Positions 1 to 13,240 of a DNA stretch of 64,000 nucleotides are shown piece after piece. Location of the stretch: the NCBI GenBank assembly GCA_028534125.1, contig CM052817.1:92072001-92136000 (forward strand), written 5' to 3'. The notes under the pieces were generated by a model, which did no database searches, was not told where the DNA came from, and saw nothing but the letters and a program-made list of their open reading frames with translations. Made by a program: the position numbers and the translations under genes. Every line of letters starts with the position of its first letter. The stretch's first letter is position 1. The DNA is from Lama glama (lineage: Eukaryota).

Positions 1-124
1 ACATCTGATGAAGGAGAGGGTGACTGTCCATCTCCCGCTGGTTCCAGCTCTCCCTGGTTCTTGGAGAACATCTCAGGCAGAATCCTCAGCTGCCACCACA
101 ACTGGCCTCCAGCAGGACAAAACT

Positions 125-385
125 AATAACAACAGTAACAACAATTGCTTCCCGGGTCCAGTGCTTACTGCTTACTAGACTCCGCACTAGGCTCAATGCT
201 GGCAGTCCATCACTTCGTTTAATACTCTTAACGTCTCTCTGAGCCTGGTATTATTGCCAGTTTACAGATAACAAAACTGAGACTTGGAGAGGTTAAGTGA
301 CTAACCCAAGGTCTCACTGCTAGCAGGTGACAGTGGCAGGAACCGGATCCAGGGTATGTCCCCTTCCAGTGTCAGGGCCCCTAAC
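125..385 (-). mobile_element. MIR SINE
   Basis: Reverse-complement MIR core tttacagataacaaaactgagacttggagaggttaagtgactaacccaaggtc. Confidence 0.85.
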
Positions 386-1534
386 TGCTTCTCTATAAGG
401 AGTCTTTCCGTATAACCTGGCCAAGACATGGCTGGGATTTTCGAAAATTTAACTTTACTGAAGAATTAAGAAAAAAGCAAAATAGAAATTCATGGGGGGA
501 AAAGAACAAGTTAAAATGCAAATCTCTTGTGCTCTTAATATCAAAATCTAAACGTCTATCAATTAATTAATTCACCAACCAATTTTCCTCCCAAGGTGTT
601 ATGAAGAACATATGATGCATGTATACGCACTTCACAGATTTTAAGCACAATATAAAAACTATGTATTATTGATTCTTTCTAGGAATAGTCTCCCTCTATC
701 CCTCAACTCCAGGACTGTGAGGATCAAATGAGGTATTATGGCTGAGGATTCTGCTCTAGATTTTTTGGTGCCATGTTAAAAAAAAAAAAAAAAGATACTT
801 CACATTTAAATTTTCTATCTTCAAAATGAAAATGTGGACCTATTGCTTTTATAAAACAAACAACAGAAATAAAGTTAACTAATCTCCTTGACTGGTAGAG
901 ATCTTAAGAGGAAGGGTACACATGGAAATGGGACAAATGAGATTTTTGTGCTCAGAGTCAGAAAAGTCTCCAGTCACTTTGTACTGACTTCACAGTTTTC
1001 TTCTCTGTCTCTTCAAGGTCCCGGTCTCCGGGCCCCCGGCAGTCCTGACTTCACCTATGCCCTATTTCTCTTGGTGTCCTTTGGTTCATCCTGCTTCACT
1101 GAGGCTGTTTCTATCCTTCTCAAAAGCTCTTTTTTCTCTGCTGTTTATTCTGAGCTAGCATTTGGCCTCTCTCACCCACAGCCTCTGCACAGGAGCCGTC
1201 TTGCCCAGAAACCTGCCTGCATCTTTTCTGTCCCTTCTCACCATCCACTGCAGTTTGTTCTTCCTGAAGATGAGCTGTCCCAGGGCTGTCTGCATGTGAA
1301 TAGGGTCAGCTCCCACTCACGTGCAGACACAGAGAACACGTTCTCATCCTCAGTAAGTGCTGTTTCTATGAACCTGCCCAGTCGGCACTGCCACAGAAGG
1401 GAATTAGAGGCTGTTCCCTCCACACTCAACAAGATCTGGTGGCCCCATGTCAAAGGCAGTCCTGAAGCATCGCTCTGCTGGGGAGGCCCAGCCTTTATCC
1501 ATCACACTGCCGCTTCTCAATGTGCAGCTGGGTT

Positions 1535-1747
1535 TTGCAGTCAAACGGATTTGAATTCAAATTCCAGCTCTTGCAAAGCTCAGTGACATCAGCCAGGTCA
1601 TTAAAAAGCTCCAAGCCTTGGTTTACTCATCCTCAAAGCGGGGCTGATGATAACAGCTATGTCATGGTTCCTGAGGTATTTACTAGGGATAATGTGTATC
1701 AAATCTTTGCATGGAGGACTAGTAGTATTTATCAGAGTAGCTGCTAT
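1535..1747 (+). mobile_element. MIR SINE (diverged)
   Basis: ttgaattcaaattccagctct...ccttggtttactcatcctcaaa follows MIR consensus order. Confidence 0.7.
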
Positions 1748-4700
1748 CCCCTTCTCAGCAAAGCAGGGTTAAAAAACAAGTCAGCTCCTTCTGTCCCCTG
1801 ATTCTTCTGGAAATGAATCAGTTGCAATCAACAGTCTTTCCTAGAAGTTGAGATCTGAACTTCCCTTCCTTCCTCCCTCCCTCTCACTCTTTCCAAGGGG
1901 CCTGAAAATAACAGGGACAAAGAATATCAGCAAAAGACAAGAAGGCACCGTCGTGGTCAACTCCAGCACCAAGGAAAGGAAATAAGATGTTGGAATTTAA
2001 AAAACTATCACCTACTCCCACACCAATCATTTCCAGCTTGATCAAACTGCGAAGCATGAGCCTTATGACCCCAACTTTAGTTTAGAAATGGCAGAAGAAC
2101 TCTAGGACTCTTTTAATCATTACCGTTTTTATGACACTTCTGGGCCTCCCACACCATGCTCTGAGGAGAACTACAAGAGCTCAGGGCTGTTAATGTGACA
2201 CCAGCTCTGCCCTGGTGATGGGGCTGGCTGCGTGGAACTTTACTGTTAGAAGAACCCCACACTCCGTTCCTGAAGCCTGCCTGGACTTGTTGAGCCCATT
2301 TAGAACACACGAAAAGGGTGTAAAAATGAAAAGGCAGCTCTACAACCAGCTTGGTCTCCAGCACCCACTGTCGGATGACAAGAGCTGCTTCACACTGGGA
2401 TCAAGGGGAGGGAAGCTCCCAACTCAGCACAAATTCCCCAGGGCCCAGCCTGAGGACTGCACAGGAGAGGAGACAGAGGGGGTACTTCCAGCCCCCGGGA
2501 CCTGGGGACTGTGGCCATGGGAAGAAAGATGGGTAGGAGAGAGAGACAGAGAAGTCTGGGTGGTGGCTTTACCAAACTATGTCCACAAGGGCACATGAAA
2601 CGCCCCCAAGGGCTCTGCTCATCCAGCCATGAGAACTCTCGTCTGAATTCCATGCTGGGGTCACTAAGAAAACCAGGCAAAACCAGAACCAGGAGCTCAG
2701 TGCCCTCTCTATTCTGGGGTTCAACAGTGGCAAGGAAACCCCTGTCTCCCTCTCCAAAAAGGAAGTCAAACTCTTCAGCAGAATGGTCTTTAAAAATGGA
2801 AGGAAGCGGGGGAAATTAAATTCATGAATGAATGCAGTTAACGTAAGAAGCAAATAGTAGTGCTGCATATCTGTATTTTTACTCCTTTTCTGGGGAAACT
2901 AAAGAGTAAACAACCCCCATCTCCAAAAGAAAGTTTCCTCTGAATCCTAAAAAAATGTTTAGTCAATGTTTAGCCATTCCTAAGAGTGGCTGATATTTCC
3001 CAGATGACCCCAGACCAAAGACTGACTGCGTTACTAAATCCCAAGCCCTTTGTCTTATTTACTGCCCTGTTTATAGGCATTCAAAGCCAAAGACAGGAAG
3101 TTAGCAGAATATTCATTTTTTAATTGTTCTGTAAAAGTCTCAGACTGACCTGTAAAACCGTATGGAACCATGGAAGGTGTAATTCAGCCCAAAATGCATG
3201 TTTACAAAATGCAAGACAGTTGCTTGGATTTATTTCAAATGTATCTAAGAAAAAAAATATATTTATACTACTCTCTTGCACAAAGAATGCCAGAGTGTGT
3301 GGTAGTTAATTTGGGGGAAAAGAAGCACATGTGATCACGTACATTTTTGAAGTAAAGGTTAATCTGCAGGAAACAGGAAGTTAAGATGTGTAATTAACCC
3401 AAAGGTACACAATATAGAGAATGGAAGGTAAAGACTAACAATGGAGCTAGAAGAAGCTAGAATGAGTTAGCACAGAAGTGTGTGCAGAAATGACACACGG
3501 CTGAAGTATCTCTTCTTTAGTGCATTTCCTCCTTTAACCATCATAGACAGAAGTTCCAGTCATGGGTCAGAATGTGCCGGGAGACAGTGTTATTCAAAGT
3601 ATGGTTCCTGGACTTGGAGTTCATCCCCAAACTGATAATGTCCCACACTCCCAAGATAAGTATGAGTTTTTTGAGCAGGCATTTGGCAGCCGTTAAGCGA
3701 TCTGTAATTGAAGGAACATCCAAGCAGGTGATCATTTTTCTAGCAATTCATTTTTACTGTATTTTCTCAATGTATTTGTCCACCATGGACTGGAAATAGA
3801 AGAAACCGGTCTTTCACCAGAGGCAGTGTGGAGAGCCCTGCTAAAAACCTGAAACTAAAACTGCAGATGGTAAGCTCTCAACATAGAGTTAAGAAAATAC
3901 ATGAAAATCTTCCATTGTTCAGTTTTTACCTTTGATTTATGTTTCCCCAACGCAGAAGGCTGCCTGGCTGGTGCAGGAAATGATGAGAGAAGCAAGATGT
4001 GATGGCTATTTTAGCTGAAGACACTGATTCCATTCAAACCAATCCCTGACTTTAAACTGTTGATCTATTCCACAGAAGGCAAAACCCCATGTAATCTCCC
4101 TGTTTGTTTGTGTAAAACTGAATTCTGAACTGAATAGTCTACTACAGAGGAAAAGGAATTAAGACTTATTTTAATGATTACACACAGCCAAATATTCATA
4201 CATCATTCAAAACAAAATCCAGGAACTGCTCGGTGGGTTCATTTCTCCCCCATGAATCTTACGATACATGGAATGCTTTACATTCTTGACCTCTTTATTT
4301 TTTGTTTTACTCTCTGTAGTTACAGCAGTATCATAGTTATCTTCTCAAAATATTTGAGGCTTCCTCTGCCTAGATATTTTTTCCCCTAGAATTCTGTTTA
4401 TGCAGAGGTGTGGGTATAAAAGATGTCCCTGTCATAACATTAAATATACCAAGAAAACCAAAATACTTATACACATTTGTACACAAGCACAAGTGTAAAC
4501 ACACACTTACAACCCACTCCTGAAGTCCCACCAGCAAAACCTTCCCTTGCTCACTGTCTATCACTGAGAAGAGAAACAGTATGCCCAGGGACCACAAGAC
4601 AACAGGCTCAATATTTACCAACACTGAGTATTTTCTGAAATGAAACTTTTTTTTTTACTGCCTTAGAGATATTTAGTAAGTCAGGTTCAAGTTCAATATG

Positions 4701-5237
4701 TAAATGCAAATTTCACTCAGTAAGCCTGCGTTGGCTGGCTGAAGAAGAAAGGGCCACTGATACTAGGTGAGCCGAGGGAGAAATAGATGGGGAAATGAGA
4801 ACCATTCAGCAGTGGCTCGATCTGAGAAACCCGTATTAGTAAACACTGAAGTCTCACAGGCATGATCTTACTAACAGCTTTAATATTCAGCTGCTACTAC
4901 GAATGCTGAGGTCATCTACTAGGAAGGTAAGAAACAGGCTTCACGCCCTACACTACTGAGGATGTGAACGGTGCCGGCCTGCCCCCAGATCTTCATAAAC
5001 AGGCCCCTTTCCCATCAAAGGCCTTTGTGGAATGGAGCTGGAGCTGTTTATCCCGCTTTCTTTTTCTATTAGGTTTACTTTCCCCATGTTAAACCCTGTC
5101 AACTTTACTGCCCAGAAACCTGTCTTCAGAATAGGACTTTGCACTTTGAAGACTCCTTTTTAAGAAATGGCAGGGGGCAGTAAACATAAAATAGGAGCCC
5201 GGGCCCCAGCTCATCAGTCTCCTCCATAAAACACAAG

Positions 5238-5265
5238 CTCTCTCTCTCTCTCACACACACACACA
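5238..5265. repeat. Compound (CT)n(CA)n microsatellite
   Basis: Direct reading. Confidence 0.95.
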
Positions 5266-6149
5266 GTAGCAGCCCAATAAGATCTGTTGAGGGAATGTAA
5301 GCAACGGAGTAGGAAGCAGCTGAAGAGAAAGAATCCCCGCTGTGTCCTCCCCCTGTGCCTCCTTCCCAGTCAAAAGGGTTCAAGGAAAGAATGGTTTATG
5401 ATACACTGCTGTTCACAACCAGCGGCGCAAGTTTATTCTGCCTGGGGCCCACGTGGGACGAGTTGGGTCATCTCCATATGTTCTCAGAATGAAATTCTTC
5501 CCTTCCTGCCCTTTCATTTCACAAGCAGGGTCTAACTGAAAACCAGCCGCATGGAGACACCACAGGCCCCATGGTAAGGCAGCCTGCTCACACCGAGATA
5601 GAAGGCAGGCCTGCGGGACGGAACTCTACCACCACAACGTGACGAATGGCCTCTTTCCATCTGTATCCCAGGGTCCAACCTCCTTCCCTGTGGGGCTCTG
5701 TCCACAGTCGGTGCTGTGACCACGGCCACCAGCCTGCACCCTGAAAGGCCTCCGGAATCCACTGTGTGTGGCTTCCAACCCCACAGGCCAAGTCTGTCTC
5801 AGTGACGGAGGTCGGGAGGTTCAGGTTCAAATGAGGCAGCCACTGCAGCACCCACCAGGCTCTCCCTAGGTCAGAACCCAACCACTTCAGGATTTTTTTC
5901 CCCAAAGAAACAGAATTTGGGACTTGTCAAAACTGCTACAAATACACCCTAAAGTGGGAGACCAGAGTGAAACTCTTGGGCCCCACTGGGACTCAACTCC
6001 TACCAACAGCCCTAAAATCAAACAGAACCAGAAAAAGTTCAAGTCTACAAGTCAGCTGGGCTCCTGAAGCTCCATCCAGCAGGCAATCTCCGGAAATAGA
6101 TGAAGCAGGCCAACACACTAGTAAAGGGCATATGTTATCATTATTTTTT

Positions 6150-6379
6150 TTTAAATTTGCATTTGTATTTTGTTTTTAAAATTAAAGTGTATCCACAGAG
6201 ATATTAATTGGTGAATTAAGATAATTCATTGAGAGGTGGCACAAATCAAGTCAAAACAGCTGTTTTCTTTTTTTTGTCACATTTTTTTCTCTGTGATTTA
6301 TCATAACATTTTGTGTATATTTCCCTGTGCTATACAGTGTAATCTTGTTTATCTATTCTACAATTTTGAAATCCCAGTC
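6150..6379 (-). mobile_element. 5'-truncated L1 3'-UTR fragment plus non-L1 extension, bounded by a 19-bp TSD
   Basis: TSD tatgttatcattatttttt at 6131-6149 and 6380-6398, followed by AA (TTTT/AA endonuclease site); 6276-6379 aligns to the L1 3' UTR at 20090-20215 (atagataaacaag...ctgtatagcacagggaa). Confidence 0.85.
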
Positions 6380-6399
6380 TATGTTATCATTATTTTTTA

Positions 6400-6625
6400 A
6401 AATAACAGTCATCTGACATGTGTCTGTAGTGCTTACCAGTCTACCTTGCATTCTCTGAACAGTTTCATCTTGTATTCACAACAAATCTAGGAGGGAGAAG
6501 GGTAGACATGATCAGCTCTGACTTATGGAGGACGAAACTAAGGCTCACGACGGCAAAATGGTTTTCCAAAACAATCTGACTAGTGAGTAGAGAACAACAA
6601 CAACAACAAAAATCCAGGTCTCAGC
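6400..6625 (-). mobile_element. MIR SINE (diverged)
   Basis: ttatggaggacgaaactaaggctcac...ctagtgagtagag matches the reverse MIR core. Confidence 0.65.
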
Positions 6626-9600
6626 TCTCTCCACGGCTCACCTTCAGAAAGAAGCTTTGCTTTTTTAGAAGCAGCAAAGCATCTCTCTTGTTTTTCGCCA
6701 TACTGCCCATTCTCCTTAGAGGTATGGGAAGAAAATACCCCCAACTTTTATCCACACAACTGATACTCAGCAAGTCATGTCTGAATCGATGAACACTCCG
6801 GCTCCACCACATTTCAATACACCTTCATCCCTCCTGCCCTGGGCCAGATTTAGGGCGTTCCGTGTGTCGCATATGGGATCCTAATAGTCATAAAAACAAG
6901 AAGGAATACAGATGAATGTGCTCCTTGTTTGCACATGAATGTCATTTGGGCTCCTCGGACCTGACTATTAAGACTTTCCTGACTTGTGTTCTTTTTCTAA
7001 TATGCAGGTCTGTCTGGAAAAGTTACACCCACTGGGCTGCCATCCACCTCTCTGGAAACTTCAGTTGTTTAGTTTTCCCTCTCAGTTTTACCAAAAGGTT
7101 CTCCCAAGTCTTCCCTGTTTTAACTAAGCCAAATGATGTTTTGTTAATGGCAGGGCTTGGGGGTTTCGTTTCGTTTCGTTTGAAAATCAGCTTGCCATTC
7201 TCTGCCTGTCCCAGGCTGTTTACAGGCATTTGGTCCTTCCACTCCTCCTCCAGGCCCACATTCTCTCCCACACGCTGGCTCCTGCAGCCTTCAAAGAAGC
7301 CCAGTGGCAAAAGAAACACTCTAGGTTTTTAAAAAACCAACCTGATGATAGTGGAACGCAGCCCTGGGAATACCAGGTGCAACTCACTGACTGTTAGCTT
7401 TGCTGCCAGCGGAGAATGGCCAAACCATCTCCCTAATTCTGGTGACATGTCCCCATCGCTCAGCACTCAGTAAGAAGGAATGAATGAATGAACGACTTAA
7501 GAGAAAATTTTCCACACTCTCACTGAAAATATAAATCACTGAACAAGCTAAGAGTCAATGACCACTCAGCTATTTACCCTTTAGTGGCATGTACAACTTT
7601 CAAGCCATGTTTGTCTTGTTACAATCATTTAAATGTTTTACTCACTTACAAAATTTTTCTCAACTATTTTCCTATGATTTGCTGCCATAGGAGCCATGTG
7701 ACCTGCAACGTGGATACCAGTGATCAAAGTGTGGAATCTACAGATCGGACTCCTCAAAGACAATTAGAATGTTGTTGATTTCATTATACATTTGTATGAG
7801 TAGATCAGCCATTTCAAAGTTTATTTCTTAAATCTCCCAACTTCCTGTATCTGGGTGTTTATGTCTTGGGTTTCCCCCATCACCTCCTTTCCCACAGCTT
7901 TTCCTAATATTCTGCTTTTTACTTCAAGTTACTATGAAGCATGACCTCAAACCAGCATTTATTTCCTGACCTCCAAAATGAAAAAGACTCATAAACAAAA
8001 AACAAAAAAAAAAGGAAGAAATTTTTAGCAACTATTTTTGGACCCCATAAACAAGGCTTATTTTTCCAGAGGAGAATCCTTTAACCTACTTTGAGGACTA
8101 CAGCACAGCTTGAGCACACAGGGTTCAAGGTTTTATCATAAGATGGGAAAAAAAACAAAGATTAAATATTTAAAATGCTGTAATTTTTCCCCCCCAGTTA
8201 ATCACCTAGTTCAATAGTAACCTTAGAAAATATTACTTTTAAAAGGACAATTCACACAGTTTAGTGTCAGGTGATTGCTACTGTACAGAGGCTGCAGTTG
8301 CTGAGTGATAATTTGGAAATGCTCCCCTTTAAAATCCCCTCTACAGCCTTCTGCGCTGGAGGATCTGCTCCCAGGGCCACAAGGAAGCTGTTAGCCTAGC
8401 CGGCTGTGAACAAGTTCACAAAATCGAGGATTTGTTTACGTTTCAGCCATAGAGAGAAACCGAAAGATCTAACTGGCTGTTGTCTAACCTGTTCTTGTCT
8501 TTGCTTTCTTCTCCCCAAGCTCTTAACAAACAGGTAATGGGTAGTTCAGCATTTGGGACCAGTTACTCATCTTGCTTTGCAGTCACAGGGCTGTTCCCAG
8601 CAGAGCAGTCAGTAACTTCAAAGGACACCCTTAGTTTGGATCAGTTTCACAGGGGACAGAGGCCAGGCCCGAGGGCATCCCTGTAAAACTCAGGACAATT
8701 ACTTCATTCCCTGTGCCTGGTTACCTGAGCCACACTGTACACAGGCAGTAGCTATTACCCTCCAGTCATAAGCCAGAAGGGGTCCCTGCTCGACCCTATT
8801 TGACTCCCTCCGGAAAAGGAAAACAGAAGATGGGTCCCTGCCGTGGTCCCTCCCATTTCTTACTAACTCCTGCTCTCTGTGCCTGGTCAAAAGCTACTGA
8901 GAGAATTTATGTTTTTAGAGCTGCTCAGCCAAAGCAGGCAACACACTGTCTGAAACCGGAAAATCCGAAAATACTTCCGATTTCCTTCCTTGGCTCTCAC
9001 CCAAGAGCATGCTTAGCCAACACACAACTTGCAGTTTTAAATTACAGTACAGTTTCAAAATTAAAAAAAAAAAAAAAGAGGTACCCAGGTTGTTTAGAAA
9101 CACCTGAAATCCCACCTATTGGGTAGAGCTGCTGCTGTCATTTGGAGCCACATTTTCCCAGAAACTCTAGCTACAGATGTACTGAAAACCATCACTTCAA
9201 ATTATTTTACATCTGTGGCCATTTGTCCTACAGATGGCTTCTTAGGCCTCTAATATTTTTGTCAAAATTTATGCTTTCTCCTTGAATTACTACTGGTCTA
9301 GATTTACTTGACTACAGGATTCCGACCCTAACTAAACTCATGTAAACTTTCCAATTCACCACGATGCTTTCTCTTTTTGGATTCAGCACAAGCCTTCTCT
9401 GAATCTAAGCAGCGGCCCTCCATGTGTTATTTGTTTTCCGATATTAGAGCATCTTTCTGCACACACAGAAGACATTAAAGGCTTCAGTGATGTGTCCAAA
9501 ATCGCTCTAAGCTGGGAATAGCTGATCTTCACAGAGGGTTCTACTGTCCCCACACAGGCTCTGCCCCACAGGTGTGGCCCTAAGATCTTGTCCCCTCAGT

Positions 9601-10129
9601 ATCCAACTGCAACTTTTCTTTCTTTAATTCCACTTGGGTAAACACACATATTCAGACCCAAACTCTCATAAGTTAAACTCTGGTATCCTTTTCTTTTGTC
9701 TTCTTTTGTCTCACAATAGAGTTAAACAATACACTGATTGTCTGAATGCTACAGGGCTCTTACCTGTTTTATTTCAATGAGCTTTCACATCAGTGTGAGA
9801 GAAAGTCTAGGAAATTTAAAATATCAGAAAGGATGTGACTGGCTCCAGATCTGACAAGTATAATAGAATTGGAACCAAAGTACCAGCTTTCAGACTCTTG
9901 CCAATAGGGTTAACTCGTTATATCACTCTGTCATGTGAATACATTGTAAATATAAATAGAACTTGAACCACTTAAAGAGGGTAAGGCGGGAAGTGAGAAA
10001 GGGGGAAGGGACGAAGGAATGAATGAACAGTAAACTACCTCACTAGAAATTTTCTTCCTGTTTTTGAAGATGTATCCATCTGACTCAGGATGAAAAACAA
10101 AAACACAAAACAGACTCTTCCACCAACCT

Positions 10130-10725
10130 CTTTCCTGTATTACAAACTTCCATATTTTTGTGTGACTCTAAGTCCTTTTAGCAATCATGTTCTCTGGCTG
10201 TCAGCGGAGGGTCCATCTATCTTGTACATCTCACCACTGAATACGATTTTAGATACTCATCCCTGTCATAGAATCCCATACTAAGCCAAATAAAATATCC
10301 TATTAAGCAATATTTACCTCGACATTCTGTTATTTGGAGATTTGTACTGTTCTTAGTTTTTCACTGTTGTAAATAATGCTGCCCCAAGAAACTTCATTCT
10401 TTATAAGTATTTGAGGATTTCTGTGGTTTTAAGGCTATGAAAAGTAAAGTTTTAGCTCTTTTTAATTATTGCAAGACTGTTCTCTAGATATAACATATTC
10501 ATTTACAGAAACATCAACAAAGTGTAAGTGAAGATGGTTTCCCATATTTTGACCAACACTGGGTTTAAAACTTCTATTTACTTTGTCTCTTGTTTCTTAG
10601 GCACGAAATTTCACCCTAAATTTGTCTTAATATGTGTTCCTTTAACTCCTAATTAAGGTGTGTCCTTTTCAGAGCGATAATTTATGGTCTGTATTTCACC
10701 CTATGTAAACTGTCTATCCACTTCA
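10130..10725 (-). mobile_element. Ancient L1M (L1ME-like) ORF2-end/3' fragment
   Basis: gttcttagtttttcactgttgtaaataatgctgc, ttattgcaagactgttctc, cccatattttgaccaacact and tatgtaaactgtctatcc are typical antisense L1M motifs. Confidence 0.65.
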
Positions 10726-11059
10726 AGACTCGCACTGCCTCTTTTTAAGCATGGAGTAGTGCCACCAGTGGGAAATGGGGTCAAAAACAATTATGTAACC
10801 ACAACAAAATACGCCATCAACTCTTGAGGGCAAAACCCACAATTCTTAAGGAATTATGTTAAGGAAAATGGGACGCACTTAGCCTTCTAGATATGAGTAA
10901 CAATCATTTGTAAATACTTATTAACAGGTTCCCACATATGCAAAATTGTTCCCACAAAATTGATCTGTTCAAAGGGAGAAAGCCCTTTCCCTCCCCCCTT
11001 ACAACATTCTCCACCATCCACTTTCCACCTGGCCCCTGCTCACAGACACCCCCCAATTT

Positions 11060-11660
11060 CTCCATCATGTCAGGGCTGCCCATCCAGTCATCCAGGTACA
11101 ATCTTATAATCTTCTTTGAATGTTCCTTCTTTCATCCAGTTATTCTCTCTCCAAAACACCTTTTACCTTTTCTCTTCCATTGTCACTCATGACTTTCCTC
11201 ATTTCTGCCCAGACCGACGCATTTCCCAGCAAACTTGCTTTCTGGGTATTCTAGTCTTTGCTTCTCCATCCATCCCATATGCTGCTACCAAATAAACTTC
11301 CTATAGCACAGATCTGACCTGTCCCTCCTGGGCACAAAATTCTGGGGTGCTTTATGCATCACTAAAACACATTCCAACTGGTCCCTAACCAATCACACTC
11401 AATTTGTACCTTTCTTTGGTATTTATAAACTTCTTGAGGAAAGAGAGTTTGCATTATCATCTTTATATCTTCTCAGTGCTTAGTAAGATTCTAAGTGTAC
11501 TCAGAAGAACTAATTTGAACTAGAGTTTCTTGTGTACCCATTTCATTGTACCAATTCAAATGTAAACTTCTTAAAAACAGTGTCTTAATTATATCTCCCA
11601 TGGTTCAGTGCTTCCTATGTAGTAGAATTTCCACAAATAATTGTTTAACAAATGAACCAA
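11060..11660 (+). mobile_element. L2 LINE fragments including two 3' ends
   Basis: ctccatccatcccatatgctgctacc...cacagatctgacc; taaacttcttgagg and tgtaaacttctt...aaatgaa L2 3'-end motifs. Confidence 0.6.
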
Positions 11661-12084
11661 GGAATCAATAGCTCTTAATTCCAACCTGGATCCACTAGCT
11701 GTGTGCTCTAGAAAAAGCCACCTAGAAACAAGGCTATTTAAAATGTCAACTAAAAGGAAGACAGTAATCAGAATATTCCTATAAATCAGATATCAAAAAG
11801 ATATTGTAGACATAGATAAATAATAGGACTTCAGGTTAAGCTCTATTATCAAATCATAATTAACATACAGATGTGCCACAGAGAGAAATGTGTTACCAAA
11901 AGACTGCTTTATGAAGAAATGACACCTCCTAGAAATCTACTCCTTCCAAAATTATCATAAATAAGGCTCAGTTTGCTTGATCAGATTTTGATCAAAAATA
12001 AAAAGAATGGAACTCCCCCTTGACAATCAGCTACCCATTTTTCTTATTCCCAGAATGATTTAACAGATGTTGGTTGGACTAACA

Positions 12085-12238
12085 GGAGGAGATTCCAAAT
12101 TCCTCAGCATTCTTTAATTAGCTTCATGACCTTGAGCAAGTCACTTCACCATAGGGGTCTCTGTTTCTTCAGCTGATAACTGAGTGTTTGGCTCTGTTCT
12201 TTAAGATTCCACCCAGCTCTAGAATCCAATGATTTGTG
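12085..12238 (+). mobile_element. MIR3-like SINE
   Basis: tgaccttgagcaagtcacttcacc...ctctgtttcttcagctg...ctttaagattccacccagctctagaatccaatgatt. Confidence 0.75.
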
Positions 12239-12255
12239 AGTTAAAAATAAACTTT

Positions 12256-12590
12256 TTACTGATATACACAACAGCATGAACGAACCTCAAATGCATTATG
12301 CTAAGTGAAGAAGTCAGATTCAAAAGGCTACATACTCTGTGACTACATTCACATGATGTTCTGGAAAAGGCAAACTACAGGGATAGAGAGAGATATCAGT
12401 GGTTCCTAGGGATTGAAGATGAGGGGAGGGTCTGACTACAAAAGGATAACATGAGGAAATTTTCTTTGGAGCTGGAGTAACAGAATTGTTCTGTGTCTTG
12501 ACTGTAGTGGTTACATGACTCTATGCATCTGCCAAAATTCACAGAACATTACACCAAAAAGAGTGAGTTGTGCTGTATGTGAATCAAATG
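12256..12590 (+). mobile_element. L1M (L1MC/L1MD-like) 3' end
   Basis: gaacctcaaatgcattatgctaagtgaagaagtcag...ctggaaaaggcaaact...cagtggttcctaggg...aaaattcacagaac. Confidence 0.9.
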
Positions 12591-13002
12591 ACTTAAGGCA
12601 TGAAAAAACCTATTTCTCCAAATCCAATGCAATTTTCAACAACATAATAGCTGGGCAGTTTCCCCTAAGGAGTTAATATTAACCTTCTGTATTTGCTATC
12701 ATCATTTGGTTCTAAGACTGATGAACCACGTTTGTATTCAGATAATTTGCTGCTTGTTTCTGTGGCATTACTGTTGTCTTTAGTCTTTAGACAAACATTC
12801 TACAGAATCCTTTCTGTGAAGCTCATTTTCCAGTGTGGTACATCTAACAATGAAAAAGTAAAATGAACCCAAGTGGGAATGATTTTTGGGTTGCCCTGGC
12901 CCTGCATGGCGTTCATGGAATGTTGGAATGTTGTTATTACTCTTGTGATTCATACTAAAGAAATGAGGTACAGAGCGTGAATAATAATAACAACATGGCA
13001 GT

Positions 13003-13240
13003 TAACAACAACAGCTAGCATTTAATTAGCACTTACTGTGTTCCAGGCACTGTTTTAAGTGCTCACACACAGACTGACTAAGGGCTACAGAAACTCATCT
13101 ACCTCTCAGAACAGTCCCCAAATAGGTTATGTTATCCTCATTTGACAGTGGAGAAACTGAGAGACTAAACAATTTCTCAAGTCAAACGGCAAGTAGATGT
13201 CAGGGTCAGAAGTCAAACCTAGAGTCTAACTCTTACCACA
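13003..13240 (-). mobile_element. MIR SINE
   Basis: agcacttactgtgttccaggcactgttttaagtgct...cctcatttgacagtggagaaactgag. Confidence 0.85.

Noticed and set aside
888..1586. 232-aa ORF
   Set aside because: TTG start, Ser/Leu-rich low-information peptide, no domain, and it ends inside a MIR
1962..1978. REST/RE1-like motif tccagcaccaaggaaag
   Set aside because: Mismatches in both half-sites; plausible by chance
9764..9806. 43-nt minus-strand exon-like segment (tttcctag...cag|gtaaga)
   Set aside because: Stops in all three frames and no other support; likely a pseudo-exon
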